This document shows positions 62,262 through 64,000 of a DNA stretch of 64,000 nucleotides, piece after piece. The notes beneath the pieces were generated by a model. The model was not told the origin of the DNA, did not search any database, and saw only the letters and a program-made list of their open reading frames with translations. The stretch is from Lytechinus pictus (lineage: Eukaryota). The translations under genes and the position numbers were made by a program. The stretch covers positions 25,048,001-25,112,000 of the forward strand of contig NC_087246.1 of NCBI RefSeq assembly GCF_037042905.1, read 5' to 3'. Numbering within the stretch: the stretch's first letter is position 1; the number at the start of each line of letters is the position of its first letter.

Positions 62262-63560
62262 TCATTTGGACTCTGTCTGGAAAGCAGCATTGTCGGCTCC
62301 ATTCACAGGTGCTTGACCATTGTTCCCGATGTCGTTTTTCTCATCGATCTCGATCGCCTTGATGTCATCATCGACTACGGCTTTCTCGCCATCTAATTCA
62401 TCCTCATTCTGAGCCTTGTTACATCGTCGTCTACACAATAGATACCTGAGTTTACAGGAGAAAAGTTTGTCAAGAAAAGTGTAGACTAGGGTACGGTGGA
62501 CAACCCTTTTTGTGCCCATTACATTTATGTTTAATTTAATTGGTTTTCACTTAGCAAACATCATAATTGTGTCATTTCTTGTCTTATTCCAGCAAAAAGG
62601 AGTTTACAACGTATTATTACATCTTTTAATACGAATTGTAATGTGCAAATCATATTACAAATACGGATCCTGAAGAAAATAATAACATCTCAGTGAATGG
62701 AAACAGAACCAAAAACATATAAAATAAACTAAAAAATAAAACCAAATAAACGAAAATAATAATAGATCGATAATAATGTTAATAATAACAATAATAACAA
62801 TAAAAAGATAATCTTACTATTACTTCAAATATGCCTGATATTTTTTCAATTTTTTTTTCTTAAAGTCTTATCCTAGAATCGTGCAGTTTTACACTTATTT
62901 TAAAGGACTTTCACAGGTCTTCACATTTATTTCTAAACTCGTATTAATTACGAGTTAGTCCGACGATTAACGGTAATAAATTGATAAATTGATTGATAAT
63001 TACCTGAGTGATTGACTTGATAATTGATCTTTGTCGGTGGATTTATTAATAAAATTCAATGTGGCAATTTCTTTATTTGTTCAATCAACTATAAGCTTAA
63101 AAAATCCACCAATTATTGTTTGATTTATCGATATTTCGAATATTTTTTTTCTTATTCGACTGATTGATTTGTGAGTAGTTGGTTAATTGATTAATTGGGT
63201 AGAGGGCTTTTTTTATTTGTTTGTTTAGTTGATTGGTTTATTTTATCTTATTTTCATTGCATTTTTTTGTTATCATCTCATCTTGTAAAGAAGAACTAAC
63301 CTGAAAATGTTATACACTAATACAGCGAACGCGCCTTCTATGATGGTAACCAAACTCGTCGTCAAGGTAACGCGAGCTAGAAGATCAGCTTCCGGTCTAG
63401 GATAGAACAGAAAGACAATGGTCCGGGCTAGGATAGCGTTCTGCACTCCTGTCTCTATGGCGATGGTGATGGATGAACGGACATCCCGGGCGAAGATACG
63501 GGCGAAGGACAGGCCGAAGAACGCTCCGAAGAAAGGAATGATAAAACTGACGGCCCATAC
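62262..63560 (-). CDS. SLC10 family transporter C, last two exons (63560-63301 and 62445-62262); the gene extends off the right edge
   Basis: The 260-nt exon VWAVSFIIPFFGAFFGLSFARIFARDVRSSITIAIETGVQNAILARTIVFLFYPRPEADLLAR has the same length and phase as SLC10-B exon 5. The terminal exon reads RYLLCRRRC..GADNAAFQTESK*. Confidence 0.9.
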
Positions 63561-64000
63561 CTATGAAACATACATGCAGTCAATAACGAGTGTTACAAAT
63601 AAATAGACACTAGACAGTGGTATTAGAGAATGAAGTTTAAAAATTCATTGAAAAAATCGAAACATCATTTGCCTTCAGTAACTGATCTTCATGGTTGACG
63701 GTTAAAAGGTGAATTTAAATCATCGATATAATAATCATGAGAGGAACTTTCATTAAAATCTTGTAAGAGAGATGGAAATTTACAATGATTAAATGTCAAG
63801 TCCACCCCATACAAATTTTGATTTGATAGGAAACAATCTAACTAGCATAACGCTGAAAATTCCATCAAAATCGGATGTAAAATAAGGAAGGTGTGACATT
63901 TTAAAGTTGTGCTTATTCTTCACAAAATAGTGATATGCTAAACTTATAGTGACATGCAGATGAGACAGTCGATGATGTCCCTCACTCACTATTTATTTTG

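Overview
Eukaryotic, AT-rich, intron-rich and repeat-rich animal DNA; the repeat content suggests a sea urchin or other echinoderm (inference). There are three N gaps (47588-48351, 48928-49059, 61119-61268). Genes reconstructed by hand from GT-AG junctions: (1) the first two coding exons of gamma-SNAP (NAPG) on the minus strand; (2) a complete 14-exon TPX2 (7021-30454, +, about 962 aa); (3) a cluster of three SLC10 sodium/bile-acid cotransporter-family genes, made up of a single-coding-exon copy (43543-45252, +), a 6-exon copy (50235-56437, +) and the last two exons of a convergent copy (62262-63560, -). TPX2 intron 9 holds an intact, very young Ty3/Gypsy element (identical 172-bp LTRs, AAAGT TSD, tRNA-Leu PBS) inside a hAT-like element. 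Intron 10 holds a Kolobok-like/piggyBac-like/hAT-like stack that carries the 'empty site' of that insertion. The most unusual items are four tandem copies of a TPX2 splice acceptor, a decayed duplicate of the TPX2 C-terminal codons in the 3' UTR, and an internal segment shared by two DNA transposons with unrelated ends. I found no CRISPR array or other prokaryote-type system, and cannot claim a wholly new system from sequence alone.
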